Shown here piece by piece: positions 16,829 to 26,432 of a stretch of DNA of 64,000 bases; position 1 is the stretch's first letter; the number at the start of each line of letters is the position of its first letter. The stretch is from an uncultured Gammaproteobacteria bacterium. GTDB taxonomy: Bacteria; Patescibacteriota; Patescibacteriia; Magasanikbacterales; UBA922. A program made the translations under genes and the position numbers. The DNA is taken from positions 14,230 through 78,229 of the forward strand of contig CAYQNA010000004.1 in the NCBI GenBank assembly GCA_964418775.1, in the 5' to 3' direction. The notes beneath the pieces were generated by a model. It made no database searches. It had not been told where the DNA came from and saw only the letters and a program-made list of their open reading frames with translations.

Positions 16829-17728
16829 TCAGCTTTTTGGCTTATTTTTAGCTTTTTCAGCCGCGTATTCTTCCTTAACTTCTTGCCAAAACAACCGAGC
16901 GCGCTGCTCGTTTTGCCCCACTCCAAACCGACGCAACATTGACACCTGGACTGGAGTTAAGGCAATTCCCGCATCCTGCAAATCAAAATACCCCCGGTCA
17001 TTGGTATCATAAAATGGATTTCGGGGATCACGCTGTGCCTCGGCCAACAAGTCTGGATTCTGCTGGTAGTACTCGTTTAACGCTGCCTCGGTATTCCCTT
17101 GTGTTTGCAGCTCTGCCCATGCGCCTGGCGGCAAATATTCAATTACTGATTTGGCTTCGACCACAGGCACATCCACATACCCCAAGTTCCAGGCCACAAA
17201 TTCGTTTACTAAAAATTCCTGGGCTGCCGGGGCACCATCTTCGCGATTTATTGTTTGATACAAAGTTTCGTACGTTGGATCGACTGCAAACAACCAGTTC
17301 GCAATTTTTTCTTCACCGTGCGCCTGAATAAGCGCGGTCGTTAATTCACTTTTTTCTTGGTTGTCAAAAAAATCCCACTGCTGATGTGTTAATTCGTGCG
17401 CAATTTTACGGACCACCGTTGATTCTTTTCCCTGCAATGAATGTTCGTAATACGCCATTACCCCAAATTCAGGCGCATCAGGTTTCTTGCGCCCATCACG
17501 AGAATGTGTGTTTACATACGAAAAACCATCGCCCGCCTGATTTCGGTACTCGATCACCGGCAATCCAAGCGCCTCCACTTCACGGCGCTCCTGGTGTGAT
17601 TCTGGCTCCGAGTCAGTGTAATACGACTCAGTCTCTGTTTTGTCACTGTGCTCAGCGCGCGCCTCGCGCCCACCCATCATCATTCCGGCCACAAACGCCA
17701 AGCCACTGCGCCAAAATTCACGGGGCAT
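16829..17728 (-). CDS. Putative secreted zincin-like metallopeptidase (HELTH motif; DUF4157-like AHELTHQQ signature)
   Basis: The N-terminus is signal-peptide-like (…GLAFVAGMMMGGREARA). It carries a VVRKIAHELTHQQWD motif. Confidence 0.45.
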   Translation of the reverse strand: MPREFWRSGLAFVAGMMMGGREARAEHSDKTETESYYTDSEPESHQERREVEALGLPVIEYRNQAGDGFSYVNTHSRDGRKKPDAPEFGVMAYYEHSLQGKESTVVRKIAHELTHQQWDFFDNQEKSELTTALIQAHGEEKIANWLFAVDPTYETLYQTINREDGAPAAQEFLVNEFVAWNLGYVDVPVVEAKSVIEYLPPGAWAELQTQGNTEAALNEYYQQNPDLLAEAQRDPRNPFYDTNDRGYFDLQDAGIALTPVQVSMLRRFGVGQNEQRARLFWQEVKEEYAAEKAKNKPKS

Positions 17729-17731
17729 ATT

Positions 17732-18448
17732 TTATTTTGACACTTCGACTTCGGCCGCAGCGTTAAGTTCGATTCCCGGGAACTGAGTTTTTAAGTCTGC
17801 TAATTTTTTTTGCAAACCCTGTTGAACATACCGCGCTTCGGCACTATCTGCCATACCAGCCTGGCGAAAACCGCGTAAAGTGCGCAACATACTATCGGCT
17901 GTAGTTAGCTGCAAATTGACTCGTTCACGCATTAGGTTAAGTTGGGCTGGATTAGAGACTTTTTCCGTTAACCAATCTGGAAAACCACTAACCTCGCCAA
18001 AAGCCATTGTAGTCGCGCCTGATTCAGCACTTGAGTTAAACTCCGCGGTCCATTCTGTTTTATCACCAGTAGTTTCGGAATACAATTTTGACTGTGTTAG
18101 CACTTCGTCACCAGGCTGTCCTGGGGTTGGATCTTCCAGTAGGACTATTTTGGTGGCTACGGTGTCTACGTTTACACCCTCTGTCGATTCTTGTTCGTGT
18201 TTTTGGAGAACAGCCACCCGACCACCTTCGAAATTTTTATCAATCTTCTCTACCCCCGCAGTTGCTTCGGCCGATGGCGGCGCAGCCTCGGCCCGACCAG
18301 CAGCAGACAAACCAATGGTTAAAACTAAGGTTGCCCAAACACCCTGTGCCCGTTCACGTAACGCCGACAATAACGATGGTTCTTCGGCACCGGATTCTGG
18401 TCGCGCCTTAAAATTACGTGCTTCTTCGGGGATAAATTGTTCAGACAT
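17732..18448 (-). CDS. Membrane-anchored hypothetical protein (single N-terminal TM helix, extracytoplasmic domain)
   Basis: TM segment VWATLVLTIGLSAAG. The stop is 4 nt before the start of the HELTH protein, suggesting co-transcription. Confidence 0.5.
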   Translation of the reverse strand: MSEQFIPEEARNFKARPESGAEEPSLLSALRERAQGVWATLVLTIGLSAAGRAEAAPPSAEATAGVEKIDKNFEGGRVAVLQKHEQESTEGVNVDTVATKIVLLEDPTPGQPGDEVLTQSKLYSETTGDKTEWTAEFNSSAESGATTMAFGEVSGFPDWLTEKVSNPAQLNLMRERVNLQLTTADSMLRTLRGFRQAGMADSAEARYVQQGLQKKLADLKTQFPGIELNAAAEVEVSK

Positions 18449-18506
18449 ATTTAACTTTTAAGAATACTCATAAACTGTAGCAAGTGTGATTATTGCTGTC
18501 AACAAA

Positions 18507-19370
18507 TTAAAGCTGGCATTTTGGGCAAAAATGGGTGCCCCGACCAGCCAAGGTGACCTTTTTAATTGGGGTTTGGCAACGGCGGCATGGCTCCCCTTTT
18601 TTACCATACACCTCCAGAAATTTCAGAAACCCACCCTTTTGGCCATGACCATCAACAAAGTGATTAAAGGTTGTACCCCGATGTTTAACGCCAAGTTCAA
18701 TCACATCATGACACGCCTGCCACAATTTTTTTAATTCTTTTTCTGTTAACGTATTAACGCGCCGCCCAGGCTGAATTTTGGCGCGCCACAACGCCTCGTC
18801 CACATAAATATTACCCATGCCCGAAATTACCGCTTGATTCAACAACACAGCTTTAATATTTGTTTTACGGCCCGCGAGCGCTTTTTTAAAATTGGACCAA
18901 GTAAAATTGTCTGTCAGCGGCTCAATTCCATAGCCGCTTTTAATTTTCTCTAATTCGGCGCGGCTCGCTAATTTCAAATATCCAAACAAACGCAAGTCAT
19001 TAAAAAATAAGTGCGCTCCGTTTTTAAATGTAATGATTAAACGTGTGTGTTTATTTGGTAATTCAGCGTCTTGCTTGGACAATGAGTGTCCGCCAGCCAA
19101 AACCGTTTTGCCTGACTGATAAATCATTTGCCCAGTCATTTTTAAATGCACCAAAATGACCTCATCAATTCCGTTCAATTCAATAATGAGCAATTTGCCG
19201 ATACGCGCAATTGCTTTGACTGAATCACCGTGCAATTTTTTGGTTAATTGCGCTGCACTCAAAGGCCGAATTGTTTTGGAATGCAAAACCTCCACACTAG
19301 TAATGGGGAGGTTTAGTAGCGCTCGCTCCAAATCGCGGCGCACGGTTTCGACTTCGGGTAATTCTGGCAT
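18507..19370 (-). CDS. mutM: Formamidopyrimidine-DNA glycosylase
   Basis: N-terminal MPELPEVE catalytic Pro2/Glu3, H2TH and a C-terminal CxxC…CxxC zinc finger. Confidence 0.9.
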   Translation of the reverse strand: MPELPEVETVRRDLERALLNLPITSVEVLHSKTIRPLSAAQLTKKLHGDSVKAIARIGKLLIIELNGIDEVILVHLKMTGQMIYQSGKTVLAGGHSLSKQDAELPNKHTRLIITFKNGAHLFFNDLRLFGYLKLASRAELEKIKSGYGIEPLTDNFTWSNFKKALAGRKTNIKAVLLNQAVISGMGNIYVDEALWRAKIQPGRRVNTLTEKELKKLWQACHDVIELGVKHRGTTFNHFVDGHGQKGGFLKFLEVYGKKGEPCRRCQTPIKKVTLAGRGTHFCPKCQL

Positions 19371-19372
19371 TT

Positions 19373-19600
19373 TTACATTTTATTGCCTGGCATGCGACAA
19401 GCTTTGCAACGGCCGCCAAAGAGCATGAAAAAGGCGGACAAACCAACGAGTGCGTACACGACGCGTTCGACCATTGGCCAACTACTAAACAAATAGCTCA
19501 CCAAATTAAAATCGAAAAATCCAACAAGGCCCCAGTTAAGGGCGCCGACCCAGACCAACACCCACGCGATTTTGTGTCCAACACACATTGATTTCATCAT
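19373..19600 (-). CDS. DUF378-family small membrane protein
   Basis: Conserved GALNWGLVGFF…FNLV motif. Confidence 0.7.
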   Translation of the reverse strand: MMKSMCVGHKIAWVLVWVGALNWGLVGFFDFNLVSYLFSSWPMVERVVYALVGLSAFFMLFGGRCKACRMPGNKM

Positions 19601-19684
19601 ACGACGAAATTAAAAATAAAACGCTTGTGGCATGTACAGGGTTCGTGTACTATTGAAGTATACACATTTAAGACCAAAACGCCT

Positions 19685-20149
19685 ATGGAACTTATCCACT
19701 CCCCAGCGCCGGAATTTAGCCTCCAAGACCAGGCCGGCCAAACGCATTCTTTGGCTCAATATAAGGGGCAAACCGTGCTGTTATACTTTTATCCAAAAGA
19801 TGACACGCCAGGTTGCACAACTGAGGCCTGTTCGTTCCGCGACCGTTTGAGCGAACTTACCGACGCGGGTGTAGTTGTGCTTGGTGTAAGTGGCGATGAC
19901 GTGAAATCGCACGACAAATTTGCCAAAAAATTCAGCCTCAACTTCCCTATTCTCGCCGACACTGCCCACGCGGTTGGCCTGGCCTATGGCGTGTATGGCG
20001 GAAAATCAATGTTTGGCAAAGTTTTCGATGGCTACCGCCGCGAATCATTCCTCATCAACAAAGATGGCATAATCGTGAAGCATTACCCAGCCGTCAAACC
20101 CGAAGAACACGTGGCCGAGGTTTTGACAGATCTAAAATCCCTCGCCTAA
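19685..20149 (+). CDS. bcp: Thiol peroxidase / peroxiredoxin Bcp
   Basis: FYPKDDTPGCTTEAC peroxidatic-Cys motif. The start is chosen at the internal ATG (MELIHSPAPEF…) typical of Bcp. The track ORF starts at TTG 19625. Confidence 0.85.
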   Translation: MELIHSPAPEFSLQDQAGQTHSLAQYKGQTVLLYFYPKDDTPGCTTEACSFRDRLSELTDAGVVVLGVSGDDVKSHDKFAKKFSLNFPILADTAHAVGLAYGVYGGKSMFGKVFDGYRRESFLINKDGIIVKHYPAVKPEEHVAEVLTDLKSLA

Positions 20150-21054
20150 TTAATTGTTTGAATCGCAAAGTACTCTGCGAATTTTTGTGGGAAGTCACGT
20201 AATTGACGCATATCAACCACGAGGTTGTGGCCTGCAACCACGGACTTAAATTTTCCGTCCATATAATTGATTCCGCCCAAGCCGGGGTTGCCTAACCCAC
20301 CGCCATATCCCACACTGCACCGCACTGGCACGGGCTTACCAAAAGCAATCGTCTTTCTACTCTTGTGACCATCCAAAGCAGTTTGTTCAATTGAAATACC
20401 AGTAGCATTTACCAACGGCGGTTTTTCCCATAACTGATCAGGATTGTCTGCCTTAAAATCTTCACAGTCAGCATCGACTACGAGCGTAGCTGTATATTCG
20501 GCTTGCAAAGATTGAGCGACGTAGGTGCGCACTGTTAAAGTACCGTCAAACGTGCTCTGTTTAGCATAAAACTTGGGCTGCCAGTCTTTGGTATTCACCG
20601 TGATATGTCGCGTTGTCCCAGCTTCACAGGGCGATTCATCTTGAGTAATAACAACCTCATCAGACATGGCGGTTGGTTCCCACGATGCACTGCCGCAAGG
20701 ACCAGGATTGAATTCTTCTTGCACCGTAAAGTAGGGGCCGCTTTTATCAATGCGCCAAACAACCAACGAAGTCGCTGTATCCATGTACTCCGGATTTGCC
20801 TGTCTAATACCAAGCCAAACAGTGCCAGTAGTTTCATAAAGCCCATCAGGACTATATTGACCCATGATAGTGGCAAAATAGTTGTTGATTGTTGATGAAA
20901 CAGGGGTAGTGTCTGTGGTGGATGGTTCGACTTTTTTTACACTGTTTTCGCGCGTAGCCAATGAATTATGCAAAACTGACAAGCTACCGACAACTACAAA
21001 CAAAGCGCCGCCAATAATCACACCCAACAAAATTTGCAGCAAAGATTTTTTCAT
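20146..21054 (-). CDS. Membrane-anchored hypothetical protein (N-terminal TM, extracytoplasmic Cys-containing domain, Gly-rich C-terminus)
   Basis: The start is set at MKKSLLQILLGVIIGG. The longer ORF would overlap tRNA-Tyr. Confidence 0.5.
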   Translation of the reverse strand: MKKSLLQILLGVIIGGALFVVVGSLSVLHNSLATRENSVKKVEPSTTDTTPVSSTINNYFATIMGQYSPDGLYETTGTVWLGIRQANPEYMDTATSLVVWRIDKSGPYFTVQEEFNPGPCGSASWEPTAMSDEVVITQDESPCEAGTTRHITVNTKDWQPKFYAKQSTFDGTLTVRTYVAQSLQAEYTATLVVDADCEDFKADNPDQLWEKPPLVNATGISIEQTALDGHKSRKTIAFGKPVPVRCSVGYGGGLGNPGLGGINYMDGKFKSVVAGHNLVVDMRQLRDFPQKFAEYFAIQTIN

Positions 21055-21114
21055 ATGTGCCCAGTATACGCTTGGTGAAAATTTTTTACAAAAAAATCCC
21101 CGAAGGGATTGTTG

Positions 21115-21198
21115 TGGGTGGGGTGGGGATCGAACCCACGAAGGCACAAGGCCAGCAGATTTACAGTCTGCCCCATTTGACCGCTCTGGAACCCACCC
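21115..21198 (-). tRNA. tRNA-Tyr(GTA), long variable arm
   Basis: GGGTGGGTTCCAGAGCGGTCAAATGGGGCAGACTGTAAATCTGC…GGTTCGATCCCCACCCCACCCA cloverleaf. Confidence 0.85.
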
Positions 21199-21234
21199 GG
21201 GTTCGAAGTTGTAAAAACGTCCTGATGGACGTTG

Positions 21235-21307
21235 AGCCGCCTGACGGATTTGAACCGACGACCCACAGTTTACAAAACTGTTGCTCTACCAGCTGAGCTA
21301 AGGCGGC
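21235..21307 (-). tRNA. tRNA-Thr(TGT)
   Basis: GCCGCCTTAGCTCAGCTGGTAGAGCAACAGTTTTGTAAACTGTGGGTCGTCGGTTCAAATCCGTCAGGCGGCT. Confidence 0.85.
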
Positions 21308-21314
21308 GTAAGGC

Positions 21315-22208
21315 TTAGCCCAGCGCGTCAATGCGTTCGCGGAAGGCTGCCAATTTGTGGTTTTCTGGATTTACGGCCCGGAGCTGGCGATAGCCCTCTT
21401 CGGCCAAATTTTTATCCTCCGCTAGTATACTCGCTTCAATAAAATTGTCAAGATATTTGGGATTCTGGGGCTCCAGGATAACGGCCTGTTGAATGGCCTC
21501 GAGCGCGGTTTCAGGCTGTTTTAATTGGGTCAAAAGGTCGGCCAGTTTGGCAAAACGCGAGGCCACATGGTCGTTGATCAGCACGGCCTGTTGATAATAT
21601 TCGACTGACGCATCGAGCTTGCCCTCGTGCTCAGCGATTTCAGCCAGGCGCAAGAGCGCACTGTCGTCGCGTGGGTCGAGGTAGAGCACAAAACGGTAGG
21701 TTTGTTTGGCTTCTTCAAATTGGTCTTGAGCAAAATACGCGCCCGCAAGTGCACGATAGGCGGTAACATTGCGTTCATCAAGACGGATGGCTGCAATTAA
21801 TTTCTTTTCGGCGTTATTCCAATCACGCGCTTCGGCCGCATTTAGGCCTTCTTGTAAAAGAGTACGAAGAACCTGTTCTTCTTCGGCCGTGAGCGGCTTA
21901 TTCAGACGGTGCTGGCTACCGTGCTCCAAAAGTTTATTCTCCACAGCCTGGAACGTTTGGCGAAACCGTAATTGAATAATACGCCAACGGCGACCAAGTG
22001 GTTTAAACCAGCCCGCTTGCTGTCCGCGGCGCTTAACCCCCTGCTCTTCGGCGCGTTTGCGCAGAAATTCGTCTTTTTTTTGACTCATTTTTTCTTCAGG
22101 CAAACCAGATGGATCAAGCACAGTGAGCTGCTCAAAATGACGCACAAACAAAAAACCAAGTACGCACAGGGCAATAAGCAACAAAAGCGCAGCAATGATC
22201 CACAACAT
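21315..22208 (-). CDS. TPR-repeat protein with N-terminal membrane anchor
   Basis: N-terminal TM helix (LWIIAALLLLIALCVLGFLFV) and multiple 34-aa TPR-like repeats (…AYRALAGAYFAQDQFEEAKQTYRFVLYLDP…). Confidence 0.7.
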   Translation of the reverse strand: MLWIIAALLLLIALCVLGFLFVRHFEQLTVLDPSGLPEEKMSQKKDEFLRKRAEEQGVKRRGQQAGWFKPLGRRWRIIQLRFRQTFQAVENKLLEHGSQHRLNKPLTAEEEQVLRTLLQEGLNAAEARDWNNAEKKLIAAIRLDERNVTAYRALAGAYFAQDQFEEAKQTYRFVLYLDPRDDSALLRLAEIAEHEGKLDASVEYYQQAVLINDHVASRFAKLADLLTQLKQPETALEAIQQAVILEPQNPKYLDNFIEASILAEDKNLAEEGYRQLRAVNPENHKLAAFRERIDALG

Positions 22209-22209
22209 A

Positions 22210-22944
22210 TTAGGAAATAGCGTTAATCAATTCAGCCAGAGCATTGGCTTGGACTGAGTGTGTACCTACTAATACACCGGAAAGGCTGGTGCAATTCCAG
22301 TAGGAAGCTATATTTTGTGGCTGTACACTGCCTCCGTACAAAATTGGCGCGCTGCGCTGCCAGGTTTTTTGCAAATATAATTGGAGCCAACCAGCCACGT
22401 CTTCGGCATCGGCTGGTGTACATGGTGTGCCGCTACCAATCGCCCACACGGGTTCGTAGGCAATAATGAGCGGGGCGTCAGCAGGCCATTTTTCTTCTCC
22501 TAACACAGCGGTAAGTTGTTGCTGCAAACGATATTGACGCTTACCAGCAGCGGCATCGTCCGCAGTTTCGCCAATACACAAAATCGGCGTAAGGCCAGCG
22601 GCCCAGGCAGCGGCTAATTTTTTGGCCACACCATGGTCGCTCTCGTCAAGCACATGACGATGTTCCGAATGACCAATCAACACAAACTCGGCCCCTGCCT
22701 CGCGCAAAAATACCGCTGCTGTTTCGCCTGTATACGCACCCGGTGGTGCCCACGAAATATTTTGTGCGCCCAATTGCCACGTGGTCCCAGCGAGCAGCGA
22801 TTTAACTTCGCGGAACGACAAGGTGCTAGGAAAAACCGCTGCCGTCACTGTGTTCGGCACAGTCACGGCCGCAGTGGCACGCGCCAAGTCCGCACTTGCG
22901 TCTGGACTCAGGTACGCTTTCCAATTGGCAAAAAAATATTTCAT
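22210..22944 (-). CDS. tpiA: Triosephosphate isomerase
   Basis: AYEPVWAIGSGTP signature. Confidence 0.9.
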   Translation of the reverse strand: MKYFFANWKAYLSPDASADLARATAAVTVPNTVTAAVFPSTLSFREVKSLLAGTTWQLGAQNISWAPPGAYTGETAAVFLREAGAEFVLIGHSEHRHVLDESDHGVAKKLAAAWAAGLTPILCIGETADDAAAGKRQYRLQQQLTAVLGEEKWPADAPLIIAYEPVWAIGSGTPCTPADAEDVAGWLQLYLQKTWQRSAPILYGGSVQPQNIASYWNCTSLSGVLVGTHSVQANALAELINAIS

Positions 22945-22945
22945 A

Positions 22946-24202
22946 CTAGAAGTTTACGGCTTCTGGTTTAATGTCACCGATAATGGCGAGGCGCATTTGG
23001 TTTGGGCGGAATAATTGCTTGGCGAGCGCCTGAATTTGTTTGGCCGTGACTTTATCAATCATGGCGAGACGTTCTTCGGGTGTGTAAATTTTGTCCATAA
23101 ACATGGCCTGACGTGCATACCAGTCAGCTTGACTGCTCGAGTCTTCGAGCGACAAAGTCAAAGCACCACGAATGTGAGTTTTTGCATCAGCGAGTTCTTG
23201 TGCACTCACTGGTTTGGTGGCTATTTTATTAAGTTCGTCTTTGATGCAAGCCAGGGCTTTGTTGATATTTTTTGCTTCAAGCCCGGCACGCACATACGCA
23301 TAGCCAGTATCGCGGAAACTGTCGATGCCACTGCGTACATTATACGCTAGGCCACGACGTTCGCGCACTTGAATAAACAAACGTGAACTCATGGAGCCGC
23401 CCAAAATTGTGTTCATGAGGGCAGCTACGGGTTGGCGCGCGTCTGTATGGTTAAACGCTGGAAAACCAAGCATCATTTGGGCCTGGTCAGTGACTTTGTG
23501 ACGAATGCGGAAGCGGTCGGCTTTGCTGGTGCCGCCAAATTCACCGGCTTTATATGTACCGAATTTTTGGGTACGACTTTTTTTGGCCCCAAAATATTTG
23601 GCCACCCGCTCGCGGGTGGCTTCGGTAATTTTTCCGGCCAAAATAATAGTCATGTTGGCTGGGTCATAGTGACTGTCGCGGAATTTAAGCACCTCGTCGC
23701 GTTTGTACGCATTGACGAGCGCGGGCGTGCCGCCAATATCCCAACCCAACGGTCCATCGAACATGACGCTTTCAAACAACGAATCAATGCTCATGACTGG
23801 ATTATCATTGTACATGCGTAGCTCTTCGCCAATCACATTTTTTTCGCGCTCCATTTCTTTGGCATCGAACTTTGAGTTGTACAGCATGTCAGCCAAAATA
23901 TCCACGAGCGTTTCGGTGTATTCGGCGTCGGCTTTGACATAATACCCAGTGTATTCTTTGCCAGTAAACGCGTTGTATTCGGCGCCCAAGCGGTCAATTT
24001 CGCGCGTGAGCGTGAGCGTGTTTTTGCGCTTCTCCGTCCCCTTGAACATCAGGTGTTCAATGTAGTGCGACACGCCGTTTAACTTGGCTGGCTCGTAGCG
24101 CGAACCAACCGGAAACATAATCATACCAGTCACCGACTGCGTGTCGGCTTGTGGTACCAAGATAACACGGGCTTTGTTGGGTAATTGGTATGATTCAAAC
24201 AT
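22946..24202 (-). CDS. M16-family (pitrilysin/insulinase-like) zinc peptidase
   Basis: Inverted zinc motif HYIEHLMFKGT (HxxEH) near the N-terminus. Length 418 aa. Confidence 0.8.
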   Translation of the reverse strand: MFESYQLPNKARVILVPQADTQSVTGMIMFPVGSRYEPAKLNGVSHYIEHLMFKGTEKRKNTLTLTREIDRLGAEYNAFTGKEYTGYYVKADAEYTETLVDILADMLYNSKFDAKEMEREKNVIGEELRMYNDNPVMSIDSLFESVMFDGPLGWDIGGTPALVNAYKRDEVLKFRDSHYDPANMTIILAGKITEATRERVAKYFGAKKSRTQKFGTYKAGEFGGTSKADRFRIRHKVTDQAQMMLGFPAFNHTDARQPVAALMNTILGGSMSSRLFIQVRERRGLAYNVRSGIDSFRDTGYAYVRAGLEAKNINKALACIKDELNKIATKPVSAQELADAKTHIRGALTLSLEDSSSQADWYARQAMFMDKIYTPEERLAMIDKVTAKQIQALAKQLFRPNQMRLAIIGDIKPEAVNF

Positions 24203-24208
24203 ATTTGC

Positions 24209-25579
24209 TTATGATAATTTATTGCGTAAATATTCCACCAGGTCGGCAATGGCCACGCGTTCTTGTGCCATTGTGTCGCGGTCGCGCACTGTCACGGCCT
24301 TGTCTTCGAGCGAGTCAAAGTCCATGGTCACGCAGAATGGTGTGCCGATTTCGTCCTGGCGACGGTAGCGTTTACCAATGCTTTGTGTTTCGTCGTACTC
24401 AATGTTCCAATGTTTGCGGAGCGTTGCCGCCAATTCTTGCGCTGGGCCCGATAATTCAGGCTTTTTCGACAATGGCAACACGGCCACTTTAATTGGCGCC
24501 AAATGTTTTGGGAACTTCATCACCACGCGCGCTTCGCTCTCCCCTTCTTCTGCCGTTGGCGCATCTTCCACATGGTAGGCCTCGAGCAAGCAAACCAAGA
24601 GCATGCGGTCAATCCCAAAGGTTGGTTCAATCACGTGTGGCAAAAACTTTTCGTTCGTTACCGGGTCAGTGTACTGCAAATCCTCGCCGCTCACCGCCTG
24701 GTGACGCGACAAATCAAAGTCAGTGCGGTACGCAATGCCATGCAATTCCTTGAGACCAAATGGGTATTTATATTCCACGTCCACAGTGCGCTTACTGTAG
24801 TGGGCGCGTTCGCCATCTTCGATCTCGTGCCACACCAAATTATTCATGTCGATTTGCATCACGTCTTGCCACCAGCGTTTAATTTCACTAAGCCACATTT
24901 CGAAAATCGGTTCCCAATCTTTGGGGTTAATGAAATATTCAAATTCACCAATTTCAAATTCGCGCGTGCGGAAAATAAAGTTTCCCGGGGTAATTTCGTT
25001 GCGGAAATTTTTACCAATCTGCGCAATGCCAAATGGCAAACGGCGACGCGTGGTTTGAGCCACGTTTTTAAAGTTCACAAACATCCCGGCCGCAGTTTCG
25101 GGGCGCAAATACGCGACCGACGAATCATCCTCGGTCGAACCAATAAAGGTTTTGAACATCAAGTTGAAATTCTTGGACGGCGCAAATTGACCACCACAAT
25201 TTGGACATGGTACCTCTTCGATGGTGATTGGCTTTTCTTTGTCATAGCCTGGTTCAGCACTACGGGCCTCCAGCAAATGGTCAGTGCGGAAGCGGTGGTG
25301 GCACTGTTTACATTCAGCCAGCGGGTCACTAAAGTTTTGCAAGTGGCCAGACGCTTCCCACACTTTTGGGTTCATGATAATCGCCGTGTCCATGGGCACC
25401 ATATCCGCGCGTTCTTGCACAAAAAATTTCCACCACGCGGCCTTGATGTTTTGCTTCAAAAGGTGGCCGAGTGGACCGTAGTCCCAGCTATTAGCCAAGC
25501 CCCCGTAGATTTCGGAGCCTGGAAAAATAAAACCGCGCCGTTTGGCGAGCGACAAAATGTCGTCCATTGATTTAGCCAT
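24209..25579 (-). CDS. glyQS: Glycine--tRNA ligase (homodimeric α2 type)
   Basis: Class II aaRS motifs and strong overall resemblance to α2 GlyRS (…FRNEITPGNFIFRTREFE…). It is preceded by a T-box leader. Confidence 0.9.
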   Translation of the reverse strand: MAKSMDDILSLAKRRGFIFPGSEIYGGLANSWDYGPLGHLLKQNIKAAWWKFFVQERADMVPMDTAIIMNPKVWEASGHLQNFSDPLAECKQCHHRFRTDHLLEARSAEPGYDKEKPITIEEVPCPNCGGQFAPSKNFNLMFKTFIGSTEDDSSVAYLRPETAAGMFVNFKNVAQTTRRRLPFGIAQIGKNFRNEITPGNFIFRTREFEIGEFEYFINPKDWEPIFEMWLSEIKRWWQDVMQIDMNNLVWHEIEDGERAHYSKRTVDVEYKYPFGLKELHGIAYRTDFDLSRHQAVSGEDLQYTDPVTNEKFLPHVIEPTFGIDRMLLVCLLEAYHVEDAPTAEEGESEARVVMKFPKHLAPIKVAVLPLSKKPELSGPAQELAATLRKHWNIEYDETQSIGKRYRRQDEIGTPFCVTMDFDSLEDKAVTVRDRDTMAQERVAIADLVEYLRNKLS

Positions 25580-25587
25580 ATGTAGTA

Positions 25588-25800
25588 ATTATACTGTAAA
25601 ATTTGCATTAAAAAAAGACCGTTGACGGTCTTGGGTCCCAAATGGGAGGTTCCACCCAAGTTCTCCCGAAGGAGCACTTTAGTGCGTTGTCTGCCAGCTC
25701 CCAGGAGCCACCCTGTTCAGCACTAGCCTTCTTACTATAGCAGAGTCTGGGAATGTGTCAATAGTACCGCGCCGCGTTAATATTGACCCGCACACAAACC
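25588..25800 (-). promoter_or_regulatory. T-box riboswitch leader (tRNA-Gly responsive) upstream of glyQS
   Basis: The minus-strand leader contains AAGAAGGCU (candidate GGC specifier). The T-box core reads ACTTGGGTGGAACC (consensus AGGGUGGNACC, with a UGGA bulge complementary to UCCA). The antiterminator 3' strand CCCAAG overlaps the terminator stem. Confidence 0.65.
25609..25630 (-). terminator. T-box expression-platform terminator (AAGACCG-UCAA-CGGUCUU + U-run)
   Basis: 7-bp stem followed by U7, 30 nt upstream of the glyQS start codon. It is mutually exclusive with the antiterminator helix. Confidence 0.6.
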
Positions 25801-25813
25801 GAGCTTATACTGA

Positions 25814-26338
25814 GTGCTTAGCTTTTTAATTTCACAATCTATGCAAGGAGGGCATAATTTTGCGTTTATTGATAGTCAGAATTTAAATAAAAGTATTGAA
25901 AAACAAGGCTGGACACTTGATTATCAAAGATTCAGAATTTATTTAAAAGAGAAATATGATATCCAGGAGGCTTTTTTATTTTTCGGTTATTTAAAAAATC
26001 ACCAAGCCACTTACCATTCACTCAAAAAATGGGGTTACAAAATAATCTTTAAGCCAGTCGTATTCGGGCCCAATGGTAAACCAAAAGGTAATATTGATGG
26101 GGAGCTGATACTTCACACCATGATTCAATACACTAATTTTAACAAAGCAGTCATCGTAAGTGGCGATGGTGATTTTTATTGTTTAATTGAATATTTAAAA
26201 TCACAAGATAAACTTGCTTACATCATTATTCCGAGCGCGCATGAGTACTCAAAACTACTCCGGCCCTTTATGCAGGACCATGGTTTGTACATGCGCGATC
26301 TTCGAGGCAAAGTTGAATACGAAAAATCCTCTAATTAG
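25814..26338 (+). CDS. NYN-domain (LabA-like) protein, putative RNase
   Basis: FAFIDSQNL … VIVSGDGDF motifs typical of NYN/LabA. The start may be the internal ATG at 25841. Confidence 0.7.
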   Translation: MLSFLISQSMQGGHNFAFIDSQNLNKSIEKQGWTLDYQRFRIYLKEKYDIQEAFLFFGYLKNHQATYHSLKKWGYKIIFKPVVFGPNGKPKGNIDGELILHTMIQYTNFNKAVIVSGDGDFYCLIEYLKSQDKLAYIIIPSAHEYSKLLRPFMQDHGLYMRDLRGKVEYEKSSN

Positions 26339-26432
26339 AGGATTTTTCGTTGAGAGGCATTATCCGTCGGACTAACCCTAGGCGTGTCCTCTCTCTCAGT
26401 TATTTACATAATAACCTACAGCCTAAAGCTTG

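Noticed and set aside
17880-18461. 193-aa plus-strand ORF
   Set aside because: Antisense to the membrane-anchored protein gene 17732..18448. The minus-strand product has a TM helix and coupled downstream gene.
21055-21147. Longer start (21147) for the membrane protein 20146..21054
   Set aside because: It would overlap tRNA-Tyr (21115..21198). The internal Met begins a typical signal-anchor sequence.
24503-25570. 355-aa plus-strand ORF
   Set aside because: Antisense shadow ORF inside glyQS. The translation is hydrophobic and low-complexity with no motifs.
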